From Botryllus schlosseri (Eukaryota): 64,000 bases of DNA. Location: positions 39,868,001 to 39,932,000 of the forward strand of contig CM119371.1 in NCBI GenBank assembly GCA_051294905.1, read 5' to 3'. The notes beneath the pieces were generated by a model. It was not told the origin of the DNA and searched no databases. It saw only the letters and a list, made by a program, of their open reading frames with translations. The translations under genes were made by a program, and so were the position numbers. The stretch's first letter is position 1. Each line of letters opens with the position of its first letter. Shown here in pieces: positions 38,601 to 53,280 of the stretch.

Positions 38601-41600
38601 TCTCGAGCATCTTCGGCTCACAATCCAATATACAGCAACATATCAATTCAGTACGCGCCTTTCATGAAAATAAACTTGCAGGCAACACATCGTATATCAG
38701 GGAGCGGCATTGACCGGGACGCTCTACATCCTAGTAGACTTAGTTGACACTTTACATTTCCATTACGTACATGACAGTGCAGTTAAAAATGTCGAGTATC
38801 AATGAGACTTGGAAAGATAGCTCAACACTTTGTTTGATAGAAAGTGTCTTTTTAGTGCCACTAGGATCGTCTGTATGAGTGGAAATGTCATAAAAAAATA
38901 GGGTCGTGCATTTCTGCATCAAGGTAACCTTAAATGGGTGACGATAAGCGTACTGGTAGCACACTTGGTTCATTGGATAATTCTAGTCGTCTAATTAGAC
39001 TAAATAGAGTGAAATGCAGGTAATCTACTCTGAATCTGATTTGTGAAATATTTCGTCGCTGTCATTTTGATTCTTATATTATTTCTGGTTTTCCTGTAAA
39101 TGCTACTGAGAGAACAGTATAGTGCGAAACGAGCCAAGCTTGCTGTACTGACATTTTCTATTATCATGCTCATGAGCAGGAACCGTGATTTGATATGACG
39201 GGACATGATGAAATGTCAAAGTTTTCACGAATGCAGTCATTCTAATTCTAATCTAATTTGGAAAAGAGCCGTGTAGCTATCATTTTAATTTAATTCAATT
39301 TGGAAATAACTGTAACTCTAGTTCTAATTCTGCTACAATTTGAAAAAGCTGGAAACGTTATAGTTGTCCAAATCTGACTGTTATCAACCACAAAATTGCG
39401 TATACTTGCATGCAATTTTTGACAACACGTTGATCCATACGATACGTACAAAAATTTAGTAAGTTTTCACTTGCGATTACCTAAGAAAAGTATGCGACAA
39501 CCCGTCCAAATAATCATATTTTAAATTCCAATACTTCAGTAATTTTCAACCTTCATTTACAATACTTCTACTTGAACCCAAGAAAAAATGGACGGGATCA
39601 CTCCAACTTCTGTACGAGTCGAATTAATGACTATTTCGATAGTTTCTACAAATGATGCGACCACATATTCTGACCATCCACTCTATTTTTTACTTTGAGC
39701 AGCTAAACAATGAGAACGAATTATTTTCATACTTTTGCCGTGTTAATAATGCGAGCATCTCGTCAAATGTCAGTTTTTATTCTCCAATATTTTTCGCAAG
39801 AAAATGAGATCGACGTCAGTTGAATGCAGAAGGTAATTGTGCATTGAAGTGACGCTTAAATGTCGAAGCTCAACTTCAGCGTCATACGTTGGAAGAGGTT
39901 GTCAGTAACCAGGTACTTCTACTTTTTCCAATTATAAAAATAATTTTGCCCAATTTCACTACTTACTGGGATGCATGACATTGCCATATATTCTTGCAGA
40001 ATGAACAATGTTTTTTTCAACGAGGCTTCTTTTGATGCACCGTGTGACATCGTAATGACGACACTATACGACACCCCAATAATATTTAATCGATATATAT
40101 TTTTTTTTTTACTGTGTATGAGAATGAATCGAGCATGGAATAGAAGGATAAATCTCAACACTCATTTCTAGAACGGTCTGACTTCGCAACATCGACTAAC
40201 CTGTTATAAAATGCGATGTCGAGTTGCTGCCAGGCATCTTCTTCTCGATACACTGAAATGTGAAAGAATGTTGAGAATATATAATACTTGTTATTAAATC
40301 CTGTTACTGATTAGAATTTCAAATCCGAATCCATAATTATTTTGTTGCAGTGGTCAGTAATGAACTACTTCTACTTTATCAGGGTACTCAAGTAGTGTTG
40401 CCTGCTCGCACTGATTATTCAGGTCGTTTCAATGTTGAAATACTTCAATTTTTACTTGTTGTGACAGCTGTTGGACAAAACTACTTACTTCATACAATGT
40501 GGATTTTGAAAAGTAGCAAGTAGTTCCGCGATGATTTTTCGTCATTTTTTTTTCTGTGAAAGTGTCATAGGAGTCGTGTGAAACAACCCATGTATCGCGG
40601 TAACTTAATATATATTTTACAATATTTCGCTCACTTGCCGTGTATTTAGTCATTTTGCATCAGTCGCGATGATATATCAAGATTGCAATTTGGAAAGTAA
40701 ATATCTTCTGTTAACCGCTAAAAGTAAGCGACCCGTCAACTAAATCTGCTTTAGAAACGACTCATTTGAACACACCTACGATCATTCAGGAACTCGCGTT
40801 GGCAACTTTCAGAACCAATGGGTGTCAGTATGATCACCAGATGTCGCAAAAGATCCATATTGAGCACTGTATTTTCTCCTATGGTTACGGAAATATTCGA
40901 GTCCCCAATTTTTTTGACTCAACACCCCCTCATTAAGCACTATGTATCTTTATCACAACCCCAAAAGCTAGGGTGTCATCAGCTGCGAAGTACTTCTGCT
41001 TTTTTCAACTAGTTTATAGCGACTGGTGTACTTACTCAAGAAGTTTCAATTGAATACTATTTCTACATCGGTTTTTTTTAATGCTGGGCAACTGAATTTT
41101 GCATTCTTGATATTGTCAATTGAAAAGTAGTTCTCAGACGCGCTTCAACGACGTCTTACTTCAAAATTGACAAGACTTCATAAACAAATTCACGATCAGC
41201 GACGTATGGGAAATCATGCGTAAAACAATTATTCGTATTAAATATCAAGTATAGGATATCGAATTACACTACTATTCACTACTGCCGAGCGTTATCAGTT
41301 AACCGTGGTAACAAGCTACGTCACAGCATATCATGTCATAACACCAAGATTTCAAGTTGCGTGAGTAACGCATCAGACATGTCACGTGAAATGAGCATTT
41401 CATGCAAAATGATCGCAAAACATATATATATACGTAATATAACACCTGTACCAAATAATATACCTAACCAAACCATGACTCACAATATAAAACTTCCAAC
41501 TCAGCACCGATATCATTTGCAATCTTCTGCCCTTTCTTCAATTCGTCTCCTTTCAACATATCCCTTTTGAGCCGGTATATCAATGATACTTTCTTCAAAT

Positions 41601-41785
41601 TAGAGTTGTTGACGAGAGACGAAATGTCATCGACTGAAGCACAACATCCAACGCCGATTATGTATCTGATGCATTCGATCTGCGACGGGATAATATTACT
41701 AATAATGTTGTGTATTATAATGATGCTTCTTGCCTTTGCTAGCCTTTTCACCAGGGGCTATGATTTGTTACATGGTACTTTAGAT

Positions 41786-42571
41786 CAGGGGTGGCCAACC
41801 TTTTTGCTGTTCACGGCCGCATTTCAATTACTCATGTCGCCTACGGCCGCATTCCAGGACTGAGTCGTAATGAACTAACTTGATGACAAATATCCATATT
41901 AAACTGCCCGCCCACGTCCATTTTCGGTGAACTCCGGAATACTCTATTTATACATATGGGCACACTAAATTCTGGAACTAATTGTGATCGCACGAGCCGT
42001 GAAATTTTTTTCAGATTCGGTAATGAATTTTGTCATCAATATTAGTAGTTTCACATATTACTGACATATTACAGACATTTAATTTTTCTTTTCTCAGCCC
42101 ATGTGATCAGATTCGCCGGTCGAGTTCATGGAGGTGCGCGTTTCCGAAAATCTTGGGCAAATCATAATTGATGATTTATCTTCCGGTGGGCCGATTGATA
42201 GTAGTCACTTTGTTGCATCCTAACTGTTGTTATTCCGCCTCCCGTCAGGATTGTCAGTATATAGTGGAAATATACTGAAATCGCCTAATAGTACCGGAAT
42301 CAATTTTCTTTCGTGAGGGGCACACGATTCCAAGTTGGTATTTGTACATGGGGCCCTTCATTTTCATATGCTGTTCACATCTGTACTGCGGGGCTCAGAT
42401 TACAAAGGGCGCTCTTATAATAAAATCGCGCAAAAAAATTTCCATATTTATCACTATCAAGACAATTTGTGAATTGAATATGCATGTTGAAGGCCACCAA
42501 AAAATAATAATTGATTAACGTGTCGAAGGCCGCACAAATTCCATTCTACGGCCTCAGGTTGGCTATCCCTG
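41786..42571. mobile_element. hAT Charlie-like MITE
   Basis: TIR CAGGGGTGGCCAACC/GGTTGGCTATCCCTG and perfect TSD CTTTAGAT. Confidence 0.88.
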
Positions 42572-43544
42572 CTTTAGATAAACTTATTGATAAGAATTAC
42601 GAACTCCGCAACTGGGGTGGATATCTAGGACAAGATAAATAAGTTACTTCATGTGAAGGGGATTCTAGCTGAACGGCAGAGTTAAATAATAAACGTGCGT
42701 TGGTGGAATAGGTACATTGAATCTATGCGAATAACACCGGGTCATAATTAATACCTTCTTTTGCTTGCAAGCTTCAACAATATTTCTGAATTCATCTTCT
42801 TCTCTAAAGCAGAACATTGCATGGATATTGCAAAAAGCGGAAATTTCTCTGGCTCGGTTCAAATGTCTGTTGTAATCCTCGACGGAAATCTGGCCATTCA
42901 CAGCAATTTCCAAGACATCCATCTTAAATGCGGAAGACAGAAGTTGTTAAATCTTGAAACAAGATTCGGTAATTTGATAAAAGACAGTTATTCCCGTGAG
43001 TTAAGATAGACGCCTACAGAATGATCAATTCCGATACACGAGATATAGTGATAGGGAAATATAAATGCGTTTGCAAACATTGTTAAATTCTAATGAGGAA
43101 TCGTACTTTATACTTTTTCCAGGAAGTTTCAATTACCGACCAATCGATATCTTCTTCCTCCGTGCAATCGAGCAAGATCTTGCTTATCTGAACACAATAT
43201 TGACTTCATGAGGTAAGATGACACCATCATGACGTGATCATGTAATGAAATCGATATTCATATATTTACAGTAGAATAGTGATTTTTATAATTATTCGAT
43301 TGCATACAATGCATACACTGCATTGGTTTTAGTCGCATTCCTGACCATGAACTCTCGTTAAAATCTACTCGTGAATATTCTTTGTATTGTATAAAGTAGT
43401 GGTGGTCAAAGTAGTCGTCGGCGATACTCAAGTAAAAGTATTCAAGTACATTTCTACTCAAGTAATATTAGTGATATACTAGTAAGTAAAAAACTGAGTA
43501 CTTCAGGGCAAAGAATTAAAACTGGAGTTGTACAGTTTTTTAAA

Positions 43545-46500
43545 ATTAGATTAGAATTAGAATTGGAGCTACAGAGTTTTTTTTCAAATAAGATTAGAAT
43601 CAGAGCTATTCAGTTTTTTTAAATAAAATCATAATTAGAGCTACACAGTTTTTTCCAAATAAGATTAGAATCAGAGCTATTCATTTTTTTTTTTTTTAAT
43701 TATACTTAGAGCTACACAGTTTTTTCCAAATAAGATTAGAATCAGAGCTATTCATTTTTTTTTTTTAATTATACTTAGAGCTACACAGTTTTTTCCAAAT
43801 AGGATTAGAATCAGAGCTATTCATTTTTTTTTTAAATAAAATTATAATTAGAGCTACACAGTTTTTTCCAACTAAGATTAGAATCAGAGCTATTCAGTTT
43901 TTTAAAAAAAAATTATAATTAGAGGTACATAGTTTTTTCCAAATAAGATTAGAATCAGAGCTATTCATTTTTTTTTAAATAAAATTATAATTAGAGCTAC
44001 ACAGTTTTTTCCAAATAAGATTAGAATCAGAGCTATTCGTTTTTTTTTAAATAAAATTATAATTAGAGCTACACAGTTTTTACCAACTAAGATTAGAATC
44101 AGAGCTATTCAGTTTTTTTAAATAAAATTATAATTAGAGCTACACAGTTTTTTCCAAATAAGATTAGAATCAGAGCTATTCATTTTTTTTTTAAATAAAA
44201 TTATAATTAGAGCTACACAGTTTTTTCCAACTAAGATTAGAATCAGAGCTATTCAGTTTTTTAAAAAAAAATTATAATTAGAGGTACATAGTTTTTTCCA
44301 AATAAGATTAGAATCAGAGCTATTCATTTTTTTTTTAAATAAAATTATAATTAGAGCTACACAGTTTTTTCCAAATAAGATTAGAATCAGAGCTATTCGT
44401 TTTTTTTTAAATAAAATTATAATTAGAGCTACACAGTTTTTACCAACCAAGATTAGAATCAGAGCTATTCAGTTTTTTTAAATAAAATTATAATTAGAGC
44501 TACACAGTTTTTTCCAAATAAGATTAGAATCAGAGCTATTCATTTTTTTTTAAATAAAATTATAATTAGAGCTACACAGTTTTTTTCAAATAAGATTATA
44601 ATCAGAGCTATTCATTTTTTTTTTAAATAAAATTATAATTAGAGCTACACAGTTTTTTCCAAATAAGATTAGAATCAGAGCTAACCATTTTTTTAAAAAT
44701 AAAATTATAATTAGAGCTACACAGTTTTTCCAAATAAGATTAGAATCAGAGCTATTCGTTTTTTTAAATAAAATTATAATTAGAGCTACACAGTTTTTTC
44801 CAACTAAGATTAGAATCAGAGCTATTCGGTTTTTTTTAAATAAAATTATAATTAGAGCTACACAGTTTTTTCCAACTAAGATTAGTATCAGAGCTATTCA
44901 GTTTTTTTTAAATAAAATTATAATTAGAGCTACACAGTTTTTTTCCAAATAAGATTAGAATCAGAGCTATTCAGTTTTTTTAAATAAAATTATAATTAGA
45001 GCTACACAGTTTTTTCCAAATAAGATTAGTATCAGAGCTATACAGTTTTTTTTAAATAAAATTATAATTAGAGCTACACAGTTTTTTCCAAATAAGATTA
45101 GATTCAGAGCTATTCGTTTTTTTTAAATAAAATTATAATTAGAGCTACACAGTTTTTTCCAAATAAGATTAGAATCAGAGCTATTCATTTTTTTTTTAAA
45201 TAAAATTATAATTAGAGCTACACAGTTTTTTCCAACTAAGATTAGAATCAGAGCTATTCAGTTTTTTAAAAAAAAATTATAATTAGAGCTACACAGTTTT
45301 TTCCAAATAAGATTAGATTCAGAGCTATTCGTTTTTTATTAAATAAAATTATAATTAGAGCTACACAGTTTTTTCCAAATAAGATTAGAATCAGAGCTAT
45401 TCATTTTTTTTTTTTAAATTATAATTAGAGCTACACAGTTTTTTCCAAATAAGATTAGAATCAGAGCTATTCATTTTTTTTTTAATAAAATTATAATTAG
45501 AGCTACACAGTTTTTTCCAAATAAGATTAGTATCAGAGCTATTCAGTTTTTTTTAAATAAAATTATAATTAGAGCTACACAGTTTTTTTCCAAATAAGAT
45601 TAGAATCAGAGCTATTCAGTTTTTTTAAATAAAATTATAATTAGAGCTACACAGTTTTTTCCAAATAAGATTAGATTCAGAGCTATTCATTTTTTTTTTA
45701 AATAAAATTATAATTAGAGCTACACAGTTTTTTCCAAATAAGATTAGAATCAGAGCTATTCGTTTTTTTTAAAATAAAATTATAATTAGAGCTACACAGT
45801 TTTTACCAACTAAGATTAGAATCAGAGCTATTCAGTTTTTTTAAATAAAATTATAATTAGAGCTACACAGTTATTTCCAAATAAGATTAGAATCAGAGCT
45901 ATTCAGTTTTTTTTTAAATAAAATTATAATTAGAGCTACACAGTTTTTTCCAAATAAGATTAGAATCAGAGCTATTCATTTTTTTAAAAATAAAATTATA
46001 ATTAGAGCTACACAGTTTTTTCCAAATAAGATTAGAATCAGAGCTATTCGTTTTTTTAAATAAAATTATAATTAGAGCTACACAGTTTTTTCCAACTAAG
46101 ATTAGTATCAGAGCTATTCGGTTTTTTTTAAATAAAATTATAATTAGAGCTACACAGTTTTTTCCAAATAAGATTAGAATCAGAGCTATTCGGTTTTTTT
46201 TAAATAAAATTATAATTAGAGCTACACAGTTTTTTCCAACTAAGATTAGAATCAGAGCTATTCGTTTTTTTTAAATAAAATTATAATTAGAGCTACACAG
46301 TTTTTTCCAAATAAGATAAGAATCAGAGCTATTCATTTTTTTTTTAAATAAAATTATAATTAGAGCTACACAGTTTTTTCCAACTAAGATTAGAATCAGA
46401 GCTATTCGTTTTTTTTTAAATAAAATTATAATTAGAGCTACACAGTTTTTTCCAACTAAGATTAGAATCAGAGCTATTCAGTTTTTTTAAATAAAATTAT

Positions 46501-48730
46501 AATTAGAGCTACACAGTTTTTTCCAAATAAGATTAGAATCAGAGCTATTCAGTTTTTTTAAATAAAATCATAATTAGAGCTACACAGTTTTTTCCAAATA
46601 AGATTAGAATCAGAGCTATTGAGTTTTTTTAAAGAAAATTATAATTAGGGCTACACAGTTTTTTCCAAATAAGATTAGAATCAGAGCTATTCAGTTTTTT
46701 TTTAAATAAAATTATAATTGGAGCTACACAGTACAAATAACATTAGGATTAGAATTAGAGCTACACAGTTTTTTTTTTTCAAACAAGATTAGAATCAGAG
46801 CTATTGAGTTTTTTTAAATAAAATTATAATTAGGGCTACACAGTTTTTTCCAAATAAGATTAGAATCAGAGCTATTCGTTTTTTTTTTTTTTTTAATTAT
46901 ACTTAGAGCTACACAGTTTTTTCCAAATAAGATTAGAATCAGAGCTATTCATTTTTTTTAAAATAAAATTATAATTAGAGCTACACAGTTTTTTCCAACT
47001 AAGATTAGAATCAGAGCTATTCAGTTTTTTTAAATAAAATTATAATTAGAGCTACACAGTTTTTTCCAAATAAGATTAGAATCAGAGCTATTCATTTTTT
47101 TTTTAAATAAAATTATAATTAGAGCTACACAGTTTTTTCCAACTAAGATTAGAATCAGAGCTATTCAGTTTTTTTAAAAAAAATTATAATTAGAGGTACA
47201 TAGTTTTTTCCAAATAAGATTAGAATCAGAGCTATTCATTTTTTTTTTAAATAAAATTATAATTAGAGCTACACAGTTTTTTCCAAATAAGATTAGAATC
47301 AGAGCTATTCGTTTTTTTTTAAATAAAATTATAATTAGAGCTACACAGTTTTTACCAACTAAGATTAGAATCAGAGCTATTCAGTTTTTTTTAAATAAAA
47401 TTATAATTAGAGCTACACAGTTTTTTCCAAATAAGATTAGAATCAGAGCTATTCATTTTTTTTTAATAAAATTATAATTAGAGCTACACAGTTTTTTCCA
47501 ACTAAGATTAGAATCAGAGCTATTCAGTTTTTTTAAATAAAATTATAATTAGAGCTACACAGTTTTTTCCAAATAAGATTAGAATCAGAGCTATTCAGTT
47601 TTTTTAAATAAAATCATAATTAGAGCTACACAGTTTTTTCCAAATAAGATTAGAATCAGAGCTATTGAGTTTTTTTAAAGAAAATTATAATTAGGGCTAC
47701 ACAGTTTTTTCCAAATAAGATTAGAATCAGAGCTATTCGTTTTTTTTTTAAATAAAATTATAATTGGAGCTACACAGTACAAATAACATTAGGATTAGAA
47801 TTAGAGCTACACAGTTTTTTTTTTCAAACAAGATTAGAATCAGAGCTATTGAGTTTTTTTAAATAAAATTATAATTAGGGCTACACAGTTTTTTCCAAAT
47901 AAGATTAGAATCAGAGCTATTCGTGTTTTTTTTAAATAAAATTATAATTAGAGCTAGACAATTTTTTCCAAATAAGATTAGAATCAGAGCTATTCGTTTT
48001 TTTTTAAATAAAATTATAATTAGTGCTACACAGTTTTTTCCAACTAAGATTAGAATCAGAGCTATTCAGTTTTTTTAAATAAAATTATAATTAGAGCTAC
48101 ACAGTCTTTTCCAAATAAGATTAGAATCAGAGCTATTCAGTCTTTTTAAATAAAATCATAATTAGAGCTACACAGTTTTTTCCAACTAAGATTAGAATCA
48201 GAGCTATTCAGTTTTTTTAAAGAAAATTATAATTAGGGCTACACAGTTTTTTCCAAATAAGATTAGAATCAGAGCTATTCAGTTTTTTTAAATAAAATTA
48301 TAATTAGAGCTACACAGTTTTTTTTCCTAATAAGATTAGAATCAGAGCTATTCAGTTTTTTTAAATAAAATTATAATTAGAGCTACACAGTTTTTTTTCC
48401 TAATAAGATTAGAATCAGAGCTATTCAGTTTTTTTTAAATAAAATTATAATTAGAGCTACACAGTTTTTTTCCAAATAAGATTAGAATCAGAGCTATTCA
48501 GTTTTTTTTTAAATAAAATTATAATTAGAGCTACACAGTTTTTTCCTAATAAGATTAGAATCAGAGCTATTCGGTTTTTTTAAATAAAATTATGATTAGA
48601 GCTACACAGTTTTTTTTCCTAATAAGATTAGAATCAGAGCTATTCAGTTTTTTTAAATAAAATTATAATTAGAGCTACACAGTTATTTTTCCTAATAAGA
48701 TTAGAATCAGAGCTATTCAGTTTTTTTTCA
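43545..48730 (+). repeat. Satellite array, ~71-72-bp dimeric unit, roughly 70 copies
   Basis: Unit AAATAAAATTATAATTAGAGCTACACAGTTTTTTCC + AAATAAGATTAGAATCAGAGCTATTCAGTTTTTTT. It continues into the body and right TIR of a CAGACTT MITE ending at ~49163. Confidence 0.95.
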
Positions 48731-51102
48731 GTTTTTTCAGCACAGCGTTTTACTAATATAAAGTTTTAATGTGTGGCTGCTCAACTGTGTAGTCTATTTT
48801 GTCTCGATATTGCATTCTTGCGGCCCGGGGCCTCTACGAATTTTGAAAAGTGGCCAGCGACCCGTTTTGAGTTGACGACATCTGCACTATACAGTTCTCC
48901 TGAATGACTGCACGGTGTACGCAATGCGATGGCGACTTGGCACAGGATCTCCCTGCAAAATGCCGCGGACAAATTAACAGTTTCAGGAAAACAATGAACT
49001 AGATCAGAATTAGAATTAGAGCATAAGAAAAAATTACAAATTACATTAGAATTAGAATTAGAGCATAGAAGCATCACACAAATTAGAGTAGAAGTAGATT
49101 ACTGGCATTTCGTTCTAAATTAATGAAACTAGACAACTAGAATTACCCAGTTGCCCAAGTCTGATGGTGAGTAACGATGTTCTTTTGAAAACTATTTATT
49201 TCGAGTACCGTACTTATAAGTAGGACTGGGCACATTGATTCGAGAACTGAAATCTGAATCGAGTATCAATTTTAATGATTCCAGTTGAGTAGTAAAACAC
49301 ATTTTTCGAACGCTGAAATTATACGCTCCTCCCCACTGAAAGTGAATTTATCAATGAGAATTATAGTTTCGATTCTAATTTTTCTGTTGAAGATTAGAAC
49401 AAGCCTTGAAATCTTGATTGACCGGTTCGTAGCACATTTCCGAAATCATGATCATCCCGCAACATTGTCACTAAGTGCAATGAAATCGGTATGGTCGAAA
49501 AATACCAAAGTATCTTTCATATGGCGGATAACAGGCATTATATTCTTTGCGGTCGACTAAAAGGTACATTTTTGAACTCTGACATAGTAGCCTCCCAGCA
49601 AACACAAAACCGTAAAAGGATCATCCGGGATCATCTCGATTAGGTTCTGATTTTCTAAGTGTCGAGGGAATGTCTAAAATACGTAGTAGGATGGTCTTGT
49701 GGTTATATTCAATCAGAATAAATTCATACTCGGTGTTGTTCCATCTCATGCATTAGGCTTCGTTATATCTGGTAGTTAACCTAATAATGCAAATTTTCTA
49801 TCTCTCGCGGGTAGGACTAAAATACGTAGAAAGGATGACTTTTTCGGTACATTCAATAACGATGAATTCTATCCGGTTTTGTTCGATCTCATGCGGTAGC
49901 TTCGTTCTATCCATTAGAAAACAATGTTCTCCCTTCGTTTTATTGCGTGAGGATGTCACCGGTGTTGTATATTCGTGCTGTTGCTCTAAGGTCGAATAGT
50001 TTTGTTTTCCTCTGATATATATGATCTTCATTATATATATATTCGCTCTTTCGGTAATCTCGCATGTTCAACGAGTATGGTTAATAGTTTTATTCAGAGA
50101 ATAACTAAATAAGTGATATGTTGTACGTTTAGGAATATGATTATCGATGCGTGACTTCTAGAATATTTCGGCGATTCAAATTTTACGTCATCGCGCCATA
50201 CAAAGATTTGAAGCGCAACAGGTCGCAGCCAGGCATAGTTCGCTCTTTCTGTATGGTAAATGCCGTAAATATATAGGAATTGTGACTGACTGAGGTAGCG
50301 GGTTAAAGGTATATATGCAGTAGCATATAGCTTATGGGGTATTTCGAATTGCCTGTAGTATATGACGCCTAGAGCTGTTTGACTTTCTGCAAAACAGGTG
50401 TAGACAACTATAGAAAAGTTTCAGCTTTTCCAGGTTAGAATTAGAGCTAAACCGTTTTTCCGAATTAGATTACAATTATATTGCTGGCATTTCGCTCTAA
50501 TTTAGTGAAATTAGACCACTATAATTCGCTTCAAACATCTGAATTACCGGTACCTATACGGATACCTACGGTATATCATAATATTTATGCTTGAATTTTC
50601 TAGGTATATAAGTCATATAGATACATTCCTGTAGAACACTGATTCATGATTTTATAAAAGTTGGTGCAAGAATGGACATTTTCAACTTGATGTTGATTAA
50701 TGGAGCAAAATTTGATATTTAAGTGCAATTATACCTCGAATCCAGTGACAAGATTATTAATCGTTGAAACCAAACGCAGCTTGATTATGTTGGCCCAGAG
50801 AATTTGGCTAGCCAGACCATATTGATGGAATATGGTCACAGTAAGATAATATTTTGGGCTATTTTACATGAACTTTCCAACATTTGATTTGATATGTCCA
50901 CTAAAACAGTTGTTATTCTGCTTTCGAATAAGACCTTAATTGCTGGTTTCAATGGTAACTGTGTTTGTCAAAGGCTGCAAAGGTAATTTCTTTTCCTTGT
51001 TAGATGTTTATTTGTTTGTTTGTGGTGTTCATGGTGGTGGTTCGACTACACTGGTCATTTTACACCAGGCCGGTTCTTCTTATTATTATTCCGTATCTGC
51101 CC

Positions 51103-51992
51103 GATTACCAGTGAACTCGGCACCTAGTGAATTCGGCCGCACAAACTCGGCACTTGGTGAATTCGGCCGTGGTAGATCTCGTAGCGGTACCGGTCACCAT
51201 GATTGGTTACTGGAATGTTTGCCGGTGAACTTGGCACTTTGAGTGGTTGTCAATGTTGTACGGCGGTCAGGGCATGCGTAGATCACACAGTCACGGCGTG
51301 ATTAGATCACAGATTGCGTAATTGCGGGAAATAACGCGACGCTCTTCACTTGGTGAACTCGGCCCTTGGAGGAATTGGCACTAGAACACCTTCGCATTAG
51401 AAATGCATTAAGTATGAATGAACAGTATCAAAAAGGAAATTTAAACGTGTCGTGGCTCGTGGTAGATCTCGTAATCTTGGGATCCTTCAACCGTGTTATC
51501 GAGACACCCTAATCCCAGAGTGGAATCGTCTCTCCAAAGGCAAAAAATAATTTATTTTGACGTGATCATGCGAAACATTTGTTGATGAGGAACACTGGCT
51601 TGTCGTGATCGATAAATGAAGAAGCGCCGCTTGATGTTCCACAGTTTTGATCTCACATACAACGCCAAGATCCATCTTCTCAAAACTTACACGACACAGG
51701 CCCGTGACTCACGCCATCGATTCCAAGCAGACCGCGCGTGGTCGGTATATGAGCGCTGTGTTATTTCCCGTGGCTACGCAATCCGTGATCTAATCACGCC
51801 GTGACTGCGCGATCTACGGATGCCCTGACCTCCTTACAAGATTGACGAATCACTTGATAATACTATTATTAGTTTGATAATTCATATTAATAGCTGTAAA
51901 TACACTTCATTTCAAAATTTCCCGAGGGCCGAATTCACCAAGTGCCGAGTTTGTGCGGCCGAATTCACCAAGTGCCGGGTGCATCGGCAACC
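51103..51992. mobile_element. Non-autonomous TIR element with AACTCGGCAC subterminal repeats (MULE- or Merlin-like)
   Basis: Inverted repeat arrays at both ends and perfect TSD ATCTGCCC. Confidence 0.72.
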
Positions 51993-52623
51993 ATCTGCCC
52001 ACTTACAGCACGGCCCACTCCTAGGCTTTTTAAGACATGGCTATGCGAATCAGATGGCGAGGAGGAGCCTAGATAAACGGCCAACACTTCGGTAGGAATT
52101 ATGGAGTCGACGTGTCACGCTCGAACCCGCAATTCATTGGTGTTTAGCTATAATGGAACGTACCACTACGTTTCCTCGCCATACCTTGTAAAATGAGACC
52201 GTAGCATTTGGCATTTCGTGTGGCAATTGACTTTTGTGTGGAAAATTGTGTTCGTTTTAGAACTTATCCGAAACTTTTATTCCGCCATAGATTGTATATG
52301 ATAAAACAATATCGGAATTGATCCTAGAAGAATTCCAAAGCAACTCACCACAAAGGAGGATTTAAAGAAGTTTGATGGAAAATTGAATGAAAGCAAAAGC
52401 CTTTGCAAGAGATGTGGTATGTTGAATCTGTTTTGGTATTTTTAAATAGGCCTACTTTGTTGTGCCGATAGCAGACAGTATATATAAACGTAAGATGTGG
52501 AAGCTATCAAGGTGTTTTTAGAAATTCAGTCAGTCAAAGTGGACGATCGTATTGCTTGGATTATATTTAGGCTTATTTTAGCATCTTTGAGATGCAACTC
52601 TAAACGTGGACGGTCATGAACAG

Positions 52624-53280
52624 TAGGGCTCTTCAAAAATGACTTTTTTTCTCAAATCGTACTGGCTACTTGATGAAATTGTTAGGTTACCTAATTTAAG
52701 CCTACAAACAAAATATGGTTCGAATCCAGCCAGTATCCGCTTTGCTACAAGTTCCTATTTATTATATAAAAATGAATAATAAAAAATTTGAAGATTTTCT
52801 GTTAACCCCATGAAAGTGTTAGGCTGTCTATAGAAACGATGCTCACCAAATTTGGTTCAATTCCAACCAGTGGAAGCGGAGTTATTGCTGTCGAAAAATT
52901 TGGATTTTAATAAAATAGTACTTACGGTGAGCACAACTTTAATAAGTAAACAAAGAATCGGTCACCGTAAATACTATTTTATTCAAATCCAAATTTTTCG
53001 ACGGCAATATCTCCGCTTCCACTGGTTGGAATTGAACCAAATTTGGTGAGCATCGTTTCTATAGACAGCCTAACACTTTCATGGGGTGAACAGAAAATTC
53101 TCAAATTTTTATTACCTATTTATTTTTACATAATAAATAGAAACTTTCTTCTCCTGTAGCAAAGCGGTTACTGGCTGGAATTGAACCAAATTTTGTGTTT
53201 AGGCTTAAATTAGGTAACCTAACAATTTTATCAAGTAGCCAGAACGATTTGTGAAAAAAAGTCATATTTTAAGAGCCCTA
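52624..53280. mobile_element. Near-perfect palindromic fold-back MITE (TAGGGCT..TCAAAAA family)
   Basis: Arms of ~310 bp are reverse-complementary around a ~30-bp spacer at ~52931-52960. Confidence 0.85.

Noticed and set aside
43545..48730. CRISPR-like regular repeats
   Set aside because: There are no unique spacers and no cas genes. It is a contiguous tandem satellite in eukaryotic DNA.
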